Assembly: GCA_048938895.1 (NCBI GenBank)
Contig: JBHLLU010000024.1
Location: 1 to 34,174 of the forward strand
DNA length: 34,174 nt
Source: Promethearchaeota archaeon
Lineage (GTDB): Archaea; Asgardarchaeota; Lokiarchaeia; Sigyniarchaeales; SOKP01
Reading direction: 5' to 3'
Positions 18,131 to 27,659 of the stretch are shown piece after piece; the stretch's first letter is position 1, and every line of letters begins with the position of its first letter. The notes beneath the pieces are model-generated. The model had not been told where the DNA came from, did not search any database, and saw only the letters and a list, made by a program, of their open reading frames with translations. The position numbers and the translations under genes were made by a program.

Positions 18131-19591
18131 TTATAATATATCATTAATATTTAAGCTTCTTATTGCTTTAATGATTCTCGATTTTTCTTCTGTTGAATTG
18201 ACCGCATTTTTAATATGCTCCTTTCTAATCATTCTAAATTCTTCAAAGATCACATTATTTTCCTTATGTAGACTTACTTTCTCATCAGGATCTTGATTTA
18301 AATTGAATAAATATTCTTTCTCATTCTCTTCGTCATAAATATATTTCCATTCACCTTTCTTGATTGATAAAAGGATAAAACCTTCTTTATGGTTTCTCCT
18401 TATCTGCCTATTTTTCTGATAGCATTCTGAGACAATGAACAGATCTGTATAGGTTTTTTCTCCATCGATAAGAGGGAGTAGACTATTACCTTGAAAATTT
18501 TCAGGATTAGTTATTCCAAAATAGTCTAAAATTGTGGGTGCTATATCAATTAATTGAACTGAATCCGAGATTTCTTTTTTGACTGGTTTATTGCCCATCT
18601 CAACAACTATTATAGGAATTTTTAATGCTTCTTCATATACACTTCCTTGGTGTCCAAATAGTCCATGCTCATAAAAACTTTCTCCATGATCTGATGTCAA
18701 AATTACTAAACAATTATTTTTGATTTTATCATTTAACAATCTAAATACATTTCCTAAAAATTCGTCAACAAAATTAATTTCCCCATCATAAAGCGTTTTT
18801 AAATCTTCAATCATTTTACGAGTTATTTGAATATCTTTAGAAAGTGTGTACACTTTTTTGGTTAAGAAGTCCCGATAGCCAATACTTATATCATCCTTGC
18901 TAAAATTTAAAATATTTTGCGTGGGCGGATTATAAGGGGCGTGTACATCCATAAAGTGCGCCCAAATAAAGAATGGCTTATTAATCTCGGATAAAAATGA
19001 AGTAAGCTTATTTGCAATATAAGGGGCATTATAAGCAATTGGAGTAAAGGGTAATAATACATCAGTAAGTAAAGGGATCTTATTTCTCAACCAAGATTTT
19101 ATTTTATTAAACCCTTTAAGTCGGAACATTAAAGTTCTGAAAAGATCTTTAAAATTCAAAATCTTTTTGACATAAAAACTTAATTGTTGCAAAAATGTCA
19201 TGTCTTTAAGCTCAGCTTGAGATCTTTTATAACGTTCTCCATCTAAAAAGACATTAAATCCTCTATCGTAATTAAAAAAGCGCCCTAAATTAGGATTGCT
19301 ATGGATACATAATGTATTGATTCCATTTTCACTTAATAATTGAGGAAGTGTAATCTTTTGATTAGGTAAAGGGCTGTATCCCCCATCAAAAAAAGGTAAA
19401 ACCGATGTGAAGATAGAAGAGAAAGATGATGGTGTTTCAGGTCCATTTGTAAAAGCATTTAAAAATACTGTACCTTTCTGAGAAAACTTGTTTATATTTG
19501 GTGTGGTGTTTCTGTGATAATTATATAACTGTAAATGATCTGCTCGTAAAGCATCAATAGTAATTAAGAGTACAGCTTTATTACTCTTCAT
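18131..19591 (-). CDS. Sulfatase-like alkaline-phosphatase-superfamily protein (Thr at the nucleophile position)
   Basis: LITIDALRADH, NGPETPSSFSSIFT (no C/S-x-P-x-R formylglycine motif), HFMDVHAPY, YDGEI..VD, TSDHGE, GH, EYLFNL..DP.E. Confidence 0.88.
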   Translation of the reverse strand: MKSNKAVLLITIDALRADHLQLYNYHRNTTPNINKFSQKGTVFLNAFTNGPETPSSFSSIFTSVLPFFDGGYSPLPNQKITLPQLLSENGINTLCIHSNPNLGRFFNYDRGFNVFLDGERYKRSQAELKDMTFLQQLSFYVKKILNFKDLFRTLMFRLKGFNKIKSWLRNKIPLLTDVLLPFTPIAYNAPYIANKLTSFLSEINKPFFIWAHFMDVHAPYNPPTQNILNFSKDDISIGYRDFLTKKVYTLSKDIQITRKMIEDLKTLYDGEINFVDEFLGNVFRLLNDKIKNNCLVILTSDHGESFYEHGLFGHQGSVYEEALKIPIIVVEMGNKPVKKEISDSVQLIDIAPTILDYFGITNPENFQGNSLLPLIDGEKTYTDLFIVSECYQKNRQIRRNHKEGFILLSIKKGEWKYIYDEENEKEYLFNLNQDPDEKVSLHKENNVIFEEFRMIRKEHIKNAVNSTEEKSRIIKAIRSLNINDIL

Positions 19592-19688
19592 TAAAATATA
19601 TAATAAAAATGGTTAAATAAATATTGGTATAAATAAGAGTAGAAGGACCAACTAAATCTTCCACTACTAAAATTATCTTAGTTTTTCA

Positions 19689-20840
19689 TTAATGCGCTTC
19701 AATTCCTAATTGTTCTGGGTGTGCTTTAAAGTAAGCAACACCTTCTTTTATGATATCAATAATAGATCTTGTCGGTTTCCAACCAGTATCTTTTATAATC
19801 TTATCATTCATACCAATTAGAAGAGGAACTTCACTAGGACGCATACGGTTTGAATCTATGTAAACCTCTGAAGAAATGTTAAAGATTTCTTTCGCCAATC
19901 TGACATAATTAGCAATTGTAATTCCTTTACCAGAACAAACATTATAAGGTTCACCATATCTTTTTTTCTCACTAACTAGGATGTAAGCATTTACAGTATC
20001 CTTAACATGAGTAAAATCACGAATAGAGTTCGGATTTCCTATAACTATTTTATCACGTTTATTACCTAAAATTTCTACGATTTGTCTGTGAATTACACTA
20101 GTTACGAATTGAATCCCTCTTCTTGGTCCTTCATGATTAAATCCCCGTGTAATAATACTAGGTACCCCATAAGAATTATGATACAACCATGCAATCTGCT
20201 CAGTTGCGCATTTTGATATGCCATAGATACTTCTAGGTCTAAAAGGATTTTTCTTTAAATCTTCTGTTACAGGAACTTCATTCGGATCTACTAAACCATA
20301 TTGCTCACTACTGCATGCTACTTGAATACTCTCTAATTCGGAGGTAGATCTACGAGCTGCTTCAAAAAGATTGATCGTACCTATAATATTGTTATGAGTG
20401 ACTCTAGCAGGTTCTCGAAAGGAAGTAGGCACGAATGATTCGGCGGCAAGGTGAAATACCGCATGAGGTTGAATGTTAGCAAATATTTCGAATATTCTTT
20501 CAGCGCTTGTTATATCTGCTTCATGCAAAACAATTTTTCCTCTTAAATGTTCAATATTTTCATGCATAGGTACTGAATGCCTACGTATTGTTCCGTGAAT
20601 TTCACAACCCAAATCTAGTAATTGTTCTGCTAAATAGCTACCCGCAAATCCACTTATCCCTGTGATGATTATTCGCTTTTCATTCCAATAGTTCTTGTCT
20701 GGAAAAACTGTTGATCGATTCTTAAAATCCTCTAAATATTCGGTGATCAATTCAGGATTTATCATAAATCCTTGCTTTTCAAGCTCTATAACTCGAGGAT
20801 TTATTTCAAGGACTTTATCAATAGGGATTAAATCATCCAT
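19689..20840 (-). CDS. gmd: GDP-mannose 4,6-dehydratase-like SDR with a ~50-aa N-terminal extension
   Basis: ITGISGFAGSYLAEQLL, HLAAESFV..SF, SSEQYG, PRSIYGISK (YxxxK), FNHEGPRRG..FVT, GN..SIRDF, RPSEV..L.G. Confidence 0.85.
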   Translation of the reverse strand: MDDLIPIDKVLEINPRVIELEKQGFMINPELITEYLEDFKNRSTVFPDKNYWNEKRIIITGISGFAGSYLAEQLLDLGCEIHGTIRRHSVPMHENIEHLRGKIVLHEADITSAERIFEIFANIQPHAVFHLAAESFVPTSFREPARVTHNNIIGTINLFEAARRSTSELESIQVACSSEQYGLVDPNEVPVTEDLKKNPFRPRSIYGISKCATEQIAWLYHNSYGVPSIITRGFNHEGPRRGIQFVTSVIHRQIVEILGNKRDKIVIGNPNSIRDFTHVKDTVNAYILVSEKKRYGEPYNVCSGKGITIANYVRLAKEIFNISSEVYIDSNRMRPSEVPLLIGMNDKIIKDTGWKPTRSIIDIIKEGVAYFKAHPEQLGIEAH

Positions 20841-21044
20841 AATAATTCAAATTAAATTTCGAATATAAATTAACTTAATTATTAAAAAAACGGCTAAATA
20901 TTAATAGAAATTCCAATAACAGATGATAAAATATCTATTAATTACAATCTGTGTTTTTTAAGGGAGTGTATCTAGAAATCATAATCAATTTCAAACTTTC
21001 ATTTATAAAAATTGTCTGAATATTTAGGACTTCTGTTTTATTAC

Positions 21045-22352
21045 TCAAATCTTGAAGAGGTTTATCGGATCCCCCTCCATATAATCCGGTTTTTCAATGT
21101 TATATAATCTAAGAATTGTAGGTGCTATTTCTTGATAGTCAACCAGCGGAACATTTCCCTTTTTAATATTATTTCCATAGGCAATAAATAAGCCTCTATT
21201 TGTATGGCTAAATGTTTCTGTCTTTCTCTTGATGAAATATGAGGATTCGGTAGTGAAAAGAAATTTATCATCAAGAATTACCATTAGATCTGGAAATCCG
21301 TTTATATCGAATTCAACAACTTCTTGAATATATTTATCTTCTTCTAAAACTTTCTTGATCATCTGTTTTTTTTGCCTATCCTTATCAATTAAAAATATCG
21401 CCCCTACGTTAGAGGTAAGTTTTTGAATAAATGATTGTGGTCTATCTTTATCAACATGTTGAAGGGCTCTTTCTTTCTGTATCTCCGAGTCTCTTTTTTT
21501 CGAAATAGACAATTTATTATACAATCTTTTGGATAGATCAATTTTCATGAAAGGGCGTACATAATCATAAAGTTTAATAATAATACTATTGATTTTTAGC
21601 CCTTTTGCTTTATTTAAGTAGAGTAATCTCTTTTTTTCAAGAAATCGAGGAAAATGGATAACTTTTTTATAAAATTTTAAGCCATGATCACTAAATATTA
21701 TTATATTATCGATATCTTTCCTTTTGATTAATTCTCCTATGAATTTATCAATTTTCTTATAACCTACCTGAATGTGATTATTTACTATTTTTTCAGTACC
21801 GAATATTCGGTGGGAAATAGCATCAGGGACTCTAATTACATATGCCAGTAAGTTAAAATCCTCATCTAATTTTTGTAAAAACAGATTTTTCTTAAATTCA
21901 AAGGCCTTAAATATTTCAATTAGAGTTCTACCTTCGATTATCCAATCTTTACTATATAGTGGTTCAAGTTGTTTTGGAAAAGACGAAAATGAAGGAGATA
22001 ATATACCAGTTATCATTTGTCCGTTAATCTCCCAGGCAGGATAGGTTCCTGGAACGTTCAGAGTAAATATTCGAATATTTTTTATTGAAAAAATTGATTT
22101 CTCTCTCCAAACATTGGAATTAAACACCCCATTAATAGGATGGATAAAAGTAAGATAACCTAATTTTTGAGGGTTCAAACCGGAAAATAAACATGGCCAT
22201 GAAGGGATAGTTGTGTGCGGTGTGGTGACTTCTAATTCTGAAGAGAAACCATTATTGATTAAAAATTTAAAATTTGGTAATTCATCTTTATCAAGTAGAT
22301 ATTGGATACTCTCAAAACACCCTCCATCGATGCCTATGATAACATTCTTGAT
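21045..22352 (-). CDS. Alkaline-phosphatase-superfamily nucleotide pyrophosphatase/phosphodiesterase-like protein
   Basis: The ORF track starts at TTG 22178, but 58 more in-frame codons give IKNVIIGIDGG…LPNF…PHTTIPSWPCLFSGLNP (metal Asp and Thr nucleophile). Downstream motifs are PDAISH, FSDHG and SH…G. Proposed start is ATC 22352, 7 nt after GGTG. Confidence 0.88.
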   Translation of the reverse strand: MKNVIIGIDGGCFESIQYLLDKDELPNFKFLINNGFSSELEVTTPHTTIPSWPCLFSGLNPQKLGYLTFIHPINGVFNSNVWREKSIFSIKNIRIFTLNVPGTYPAWEINGQMITGILSPSFSSFPKQLEPLYSKDWIIEGRTLIEIFKAFEFKKNLFLQKLDEDFNLLAYVIRVPDAISHRIFGTEKIVNNHIQVGYKKIDKFIGELIKRKDIDNIIIFSDHGLKFYKKVIHFPRFLEKKRLLYLNKAKGLKINSIIIKLYDYVRPFMKIDLSKRLYNKLSISKKRDSEIQKERALQHVDKDRPQSFIQKLTSNVGAIFLIDKDRQKKQMIKKVLEEDKYIQEVVEFDINGFPDLMVILDDKFLFTTESSYFIKRKTETFSHTNRGLFIAYGNNIKKGNVPLVDYQEIAPTILRLYNIEKPDYMEGDPINLFKI

Positions 22353-22658
22353 TAAAAAACACCAATTATATACGTTATATAAATCTTATGTTACTTTAAA
22401 AGTAGACTGACATATAAGGCTTATGATATATGGATTTGAATTAGTAATATCATTTTTTTTACACTCTACTTTTTACTCTTTTGATCTTTTTGTTGTTTAA
22501 AGAAAAATTCTTGACAATATAAGTCTCTTAAGAAAAATATAACACAAATTCGTGTATTTATTGTTTATATATTTACATATAGGAATATTCTAAAATTTTA
22601 AATTATTTTTGGGATTGTTTTAATATAATTTTAATTTTTATTTATTCTCAAATTTGAA

Positions 22659-23843
22659 ATGAAACCTAATCTACTTATTTTTACTCCTCTCGCTTTTGAA
22701 AATGGGAGAGGAGGAGAGATTTCTGCTATGGAATTAGCTGTAGGTTTGCAAAAATATTACAAAATTACACTTTTAGATTCAAATATCATAATTGGTAAGA
22801 AAATATTAACAAATGATGCAATAAAGAAGAAATTAAAAGGATTAAAAAGAAGTGATAAAATAAAATTTGCAATTATAAAATTTTGTGATAAAATATTTAC
22901 AGTTCCTTACCCTTGGGAAATTTTAAAACTTTATAGATATATTAAAAACAATGACATAATCTATACTTCTGCTTTAACAATAAAAACTAACTTGCTATTT
23001 ATCCTTTTTAGTTTATTACATCTAAAAGGTCAATTTGTTGTAGGTCATAGGAAACCTCTTTATAGCGATAAGTTATTTTCATTATATAATCTAAAATTAA
23101 GAACTTCTATTCTTCTATTTTCTATTTTTAAAAAAAGATTTCACCATCATACAATTTCAAATCATGCTAGAAATTTTCTAAAGCCCTTTTTTTCACCTGA
23201 AAAAATTACTCATATTATTCATGGTATCGATTTAGAGAATTTTTCAAAAGCTATTTCAAAGGAAAGGGAGATTGATAAGTTAAAATTCATTTATGTAGGC
23301 TATCTTGATGATATTCATAAAGGTATTGGGATTTTATTAGATGCAATTAAAGAATTACTACAAAATACCCAAAATTATAATATTTCTTTCGAATTTTGTG
23401 GAACAGGCCCAATGAAGGCAAGGATAGAAAAATTACAAACAGAATTTCCAGAATTTATAAAATATCATGGCTATGTGAGTAATAATATAATTCATGAGTA
23501 TTATCAAAACTGTGATGTGTTTCTCTTTACGTCAAGAAGAGAACCTTTTGGAAGAGTGCTAATTGAAGCTTTAGCATCAAAATTGCTAATAATATGTACA
23601 AAAACGTATGGATCTATAGAAATATTAAGAGGGAAAGATTTTGCTTTTTTTCTTGATGAACTTGACAAACAATGTATAATAAATAAGATAGATTTGCTAT
23701 ATAAGCTATGGGAACAGAATCCAGATAAAGTAGAACAATTAAAACAACTTGCTAAAGAATATGCATTTAAGAATTATTCTTTTACTGTTGAACTAGAGAT
23801 GTTTAGAAAGTTATTTGAAGATTTACGATTAAGGAGATCATAA
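22659..23843 (+). CDS. Glycosyltransferase family 4 (GT-B)
   Basis: GGE, HGID, YVG.L…KG, G.GP, DVFLFTSRREPFGRVLIEALA. Confidence 0.92.
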   Translation: MKPNLLIFTPLAFENGRGGEISAMELAVGLQKYYKITLLDSNIIIGKKILTNDAIKKKLKGLKRSDKIKFAIIKFCDKIFTVPYPWEILKLYRYIKNNDIIYTSALTIKTNLLFILFSLLHLKGQFVVGHRKPLYSDKLFSLYNLKLRTSILLFSIFKKRFHHHTISNHARNFLKPFFSPEKITHIIHGIDLENFSKAISKEREIDKLKFIYVGYLDDIHKGIGILLDAIKELLQNTQNYNISFEFCGTGPMKARIEKLQTEFPEFIKYHGYVSNNIIHEYYQNCDVFLFTSRREPFGRVLIEALASKLLIICTKTYGSIEILRGKDFAFFLDELDKQCIINKIDLLYKLWEQNPDKVEQLKQLAKEYAFKNYSFTVELEMFRKLFEDLRLRRS

Positions 23844-23850
23844 ATTGCTA

Positions 23851-25122
23851 TTATATCAAATTGTTTTCGTTTATTTCATTGAATAATTTAAAATACTTTT
23901 GTATTAATTCCTCCCAATTAAAATTTGTAATAACTCTTTTCTGTCCATATTCACCCATCTCGGTTTTTATTTCTTGATTATTGTATAAGAAGTTAATTTT
24001 CTCAATTAATCCGTGTATATCATTTGGTTCTATTAAAAATCCAGATTTTCCATTTATGATAGCCTCTTTTATTCCACCAGAGGAAGCTCCTATTACTGGT
24101 ACTTTAAATAAATTAGCTTCAAGGAATACCAAACCAAATCCTTCCACTGATTCTTTTTTTTTGATTGAAGGCATTACAAAGACATCGGCAATTTTATAAA
24201 ATTTATTTCTCACACTTTCTTCGATTGCACCCAAGAAAAACACATACTTTTCCACCTTCAAGATCTTAGCTAATTCTTTTAATTTAGAACTTTCGGGACC
24301 AGTCCCTATCAAATAATATTTAATCTTATATTCAGGATTTGCTTCTTTAATCTCCTTGATCGCTTGTATTACTAAATCAAAATTCTTTCGAGGCACATGA
24401 CGTCCAACGCTAAGTATTATAAACTCTTCTTTCTGGATATTAAAATTTTGTCTAATTTCTTTCTTAGTAATATCTAATTTATAATCTTTAATTGTCAATC
24501 CATAAGGAATAAGTACAAGTTGGTTTTCTTCAAGATTATGTATTTCTTTTATTAGATATTTGATTTGATGATTACTAATGATTATCTTTTTTAAAGTTTT
24601 TAAAAAACAAGTTTTAACAGAAAAAGCACTATGGGTTAAAAATTCATTTCCATGAGCCCACGCAATAACTTTTTTATTAAAAAGTAATGAAACTACATAA
24701 ACCAAATTCAAGATATTTGATCCACATGTTCCCCCTAGGATCAAATCAAAATTATACTTTTTAAAGTAAGGATATATTTTTTTAAGATTTTTTATAGTTC
24801 TCACAAGATATTGTGGCTTTAGCATGAAATAAATGCAGATCTTTAACCTTTGAGATAAGAAAACTCTTTTATCTTTAAATATCCTCCAAACTATTGATAT
24901 AAAATAATATAAAAAAAGTCTATTTTTAAAGCTTAATATGATATTTTTCAAGGAATAATTTTTCTTTTCCAAAATACCAAAAATATCTTTTCCGTTATAT
25001 CCTTGATTAAAAACATATAGTTGATGATCTGATTCTTGAAAAGCTTTACAAAAACTAGTCAGGTGTCTTGAAACACCTCCAATTGAGGGAAAGAACTCGT
25101 AAGAAAATAATGCAATTTTCAT
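23851..25122 (-). CDS. Glycosyltransferase family 4 (PimB/RfaB-like)
   Basis: FFP.IGGV, AHG.E, LSVGRHVPRKNF, DVFVMPS…EGFGLVFLEA…PVIG..SGGI.E. Confidence 0.93.
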   Translation of the reverse strand: MKIALFSYEFFPSIGGVSRHLTSFCKAFQESDHQLYVFNQGYNGKDIFGILEKKNYSLKNIILSFKNRLFLYYFISIVWRIFKDKRVFLSQRLKICIYFMLKPQYLVRTIKNLKKIYPYFKKYNFDLILGGTCGSNILNLVYVVSLLFNKKVIAWAHGNEFLTHSAFSVKTCFLKTLKKIIISNHQIKYLIKEIHNLEENQLVLIPYGLTIKDYKLDITKKEIRQNFNIQKEEFIILSVGRHVPRKNFDLVIQAIKEIKEANPEYKIKYYLIGTGPESSKLKELAKILKVEKYVFFLGAIEESVRNKFYKIADVFVMPSIKKKESVEGFGLVFLEANLFKVPVIGASSGGIKEAIINGKSGFLIEPNDIHGLIEKINFLYNNQEIKTEMGEYGQKRVITNFNWEELIQKYFKLFNEINENNLI

Positions 25123-25334
25123 AATATTAGAAGATATGAAAACAATTTAAATCTTGATAATATCATTATTTTTACTTGTATTTTGATTTTAGTAATTTAC
25201 TGTTTAAGGATAAATTTCTCATCTTAAAATTATAAGTATTTTATTATCCAAAAGCAATACGAACCAACTTTAGTAGAGATTTTAAAATAGCATTTTTTTG
25301 AAAATTATAAGTGTTTATTAGGTCAAGTTTAACA

Positions 25335-26543
25335 TTATTCAATATTTTTTCGGCTTTTGAATTTTTTATCTCCTATAAATATTAACTCTAAAGCAGTATA
25401 AATCGCTATAATACAATCTAAATATATAAAGAAAATAAGCAAAATATAAAAATAAATTGAATTTTTCCCAAAATATATTTTATCAGTTGTGTTTTTAAAA
25501 AAACATATTTTTCTTACTTTTTTTAAATAAAGATAAAATATTAATAGTATTCCAACAAAAAAGAAAGCGCTGTTAATAAAGAATAAGAGAGGGAAAATGA
25601 TTAGATATAGTCCTCCTATTATTAATATGATAAAAATTAAAATTCTCTTCTTACTTTTTCTTATAAGGTTGTGATATACATTTTGAATCCATCTGACATT
25701 TTGAGAACAATAATCTTTCAAATTTGATGGAAAATTAAAACTTTGCACACCTTTTGAGTTTAATTGATAGATTTCAAGATTTTTTTCCATTAAATCTAAA
25801 CCAATTGATCTATCGTCCCCGATTAGTCGTTTTTCTGTAAATTTACCAATTCTTTTGATTACATCTAATTTTAGAAGAGTACATTGAGAGATCGCATTTT
25901 TTGAATATCTAGTAAATTTATACCTGAATAAAGCATTACGATTAATATATAAATATCTTATAAAATTTTTTTTAACTTGGGAATGATGAGGTTTTAGAAA
26001 AGAGGCTACAATTGATTCATTTTTTTTTAAAATGATGTGCAACATATTCAGTAAATCATCATCCGTTAAGTAGATATCGGCATCTAGCAAGCAGATTAAT
26101 CCCTCTTTAACTTGAGAGATACAGTCGTTAATTGCTTTAACTTTACCACCCCCTTTTTCTTGGAGTAAATATTTATAATTATCATTTGACTTAAATGAAT
26201 CAGCAATACTAATTGTATCCTCGTTTCCCCCTGCATTGACTATTATATTTAAATGGGGATAGTCTAGTGAAAACAAGTTATTCAAGCATTTACGAAAAAT
26301 TTCTCCCTCTTTCCATGCGGGGATTATAATATTGATCAAGGGTAATTCCTTGAAATTTTCTATTTGGGGATGATTATAATCACTGAAATTCCTCAAATTA
26401 GTGATATATTTCTTATCTCTTAAGAAATACAAAAAAAAGTGATAAAAAAAAATAGTAATGAATGAAATAATTAAAAATTCAATAGAAGCAACCATTTTTA
26501 AGCTTAATTGAATTATTTTGCTAATTATTTGAATTAAATCCAT
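25335..26543 (-). CDS. Membrane glycosyltransferase family 2 (D, DxD, xDD, QxxRW type)
   Basis: IIIPAWKEG, GKVKAIN, LLDAD, GDD and QNVRW, with N- and C-terminal TM helices. Overlaps the upstream gene by 10 nt; alternative ATG at 26495. Confidence 0.88.
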   Translation of the reverse strand: MDLIQIISKIIQLSLKMVASIEFLIISFITIFFYHFFLYFLRDKKYITNLRNFSDYNHPQIENFKELPLINIIIPAWKEGEIFRKCLNNLFSLDYPHLNIIVNAGGNEDTISIADSFKSNDNYKYLLQEKGGGKVKAINDCISQVKEGLICLLDADIYLTDDDLLNMLHIILKKNESIVASFLKPHHSQVKKNFIRYLYINRNALFRYKFTRYSKNAISQCTLLKLDVIKRIGKFTEKRLIGDDRSIGLDLMEKNLEIYQLNSKGVQSFNFPSNLKDYCSQNVRWIQNVYHNLIRKSKKRILIFIILIIGGLYLIIFPLLFFINSAFFFVGILLIFYLYLKKVRKICFFKNTTDKIYFGKNSIYFYILLIFFIYLDCIIAIYTALELIFIGDKKFKSRKNIE

Positions 26544-27640
26544 AAATTATGCCTCTTAATTCTTCTTAAGTCTAGCCATTTATATAGGATTTTTGTTTTA
26601 TCAGCAATTTTTTCCCAGTTAAAAGCTTTAACATAATTTTGGTTAAAATTTCCCATTTCTTTAATCTTTTTAGGGCTATTTAACGATTCAATTAATGCAT
26701 GAGTTAACCCAGAAGAATCTTTTGTGGAATATAGAAATGCATTTTGATGATTCAGAATATTTTTCAAGCATCCAATACTAGGCGCAATAATGGCTTTACC
26801 AAAACTCATCGCTAAAAGGACTCCTGCGGACGTTAATATTTTTCGATAAGGAAAGACTACTACATCAGCAGAATTCATATAATTCTGAATTTTATCATCA
26901 GGAATAAACCTAAAGTCTACTAATATTGTTTTTGTATCTTTAATTTTATCCAAGATATTTCTTCGAATTCTCTCATTAAGAGGTTTTCCTGCAATTATCA
27001 ACTTAATTTTGTTTTGAGCTTCTATTGATTTATAACTTTTTATTAAATCTGGAACGCCTTTATATGGTCTGATAGGTCCGAAATAAAGAAAGACAAATTC
27101 TTCTTCACTTAAATTAAGATTTCTACGAGCCTGATCTTTAGAAATATTGTTTTTGTACAAATTTTCATAAGTTCCAATTGGAATAACAACTAATTTATTT
27201 CTTGGTACTTTATATTCCCTCATAATAACCTTTTTTGCTTCATCACAGTGAACAATTAACTGATCAGCTAGCATGGAAAAAAAAATTCGACCGATTCTTT
27301 CCATCTTAGGTCGAAAAGATTCATGACTATAAGTATTATGAATTGTCCATATTATCTTATAACGTAGAATGAACTTTAAAATTAGTGTATCAATAATAAA
27401 GATAAAAAATTTTAATAGAGATTTGAATTTATTTCTTAAATTGAAACCTGCGATATTAAAAATCCAATGAATATGAAATATATTACTATTCTTATTAATA
27501 GCATTTTGTAAAAGAGGAAACCAAAAGGGAAGTGTCTTAGAGAATTCCACAATAATTCCCTTTTTATTTAAAGCACGCTCGAGTAAATGCAAATAATAAT
27601 TCTTATTGCTTTTATTAGGAATCATTAATATTCTATTCAT
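26534..27640 (-). CDS. Glycosyltransferase family 4
   Basis: HIHW, WTIHN..SHE, FGPIRPYKGV, ADVVVFPY..ILTS…LLAMSFGK. Confidence 0.9.
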   Translation of the reverse strand: MNRILMIPNKSNKNYYLHLLERALNKKGIIVEFSKTLPFWFPLLQNAINKNSNIFHIHWIFNIAGFNLRNKFKSLLKFFIFIIDTLILKFILRYKIIWTIHNTYSHESFRPKMERIGRIFFSMLADQLIVHCDEAKKVIMREYKVPRNKLVVIPIGTYENLYKNNISKDQARRNLNLSEEEFVFLYFGPIRPYKGVPDLIKSYKSIEAQNKIKLIIAGKPLNERIRRNILDKIKDTKTILVDFRFIPDDKIQNYMNSADVVVFPYRKILTSAGVLLAMSFGKAIIAPSIGCLKNILNHQNAFLYSTKDSSGLTHALIESLNSPKKIKEMGNFNQNYVKAFNWEKIADKTKILYKWLDLRRIKRHNLWI

Positions 27641-27659
27641 AGAACTCTAATCTTCTGTT

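Noticed and set aside
18131-19591. Calling this a true formylglycine arylsulfatase
   Set aside because: It lacks C/S-x-P-x-R and has Thr at the equivalent position, so only a superfamily-level call is made.
22213-22410. 65-aa + strand ORF in an apparent intergenic gap
   Set aside because: It lies antisense to the hidden catalytic N-terminus of the AlkP-family gene.
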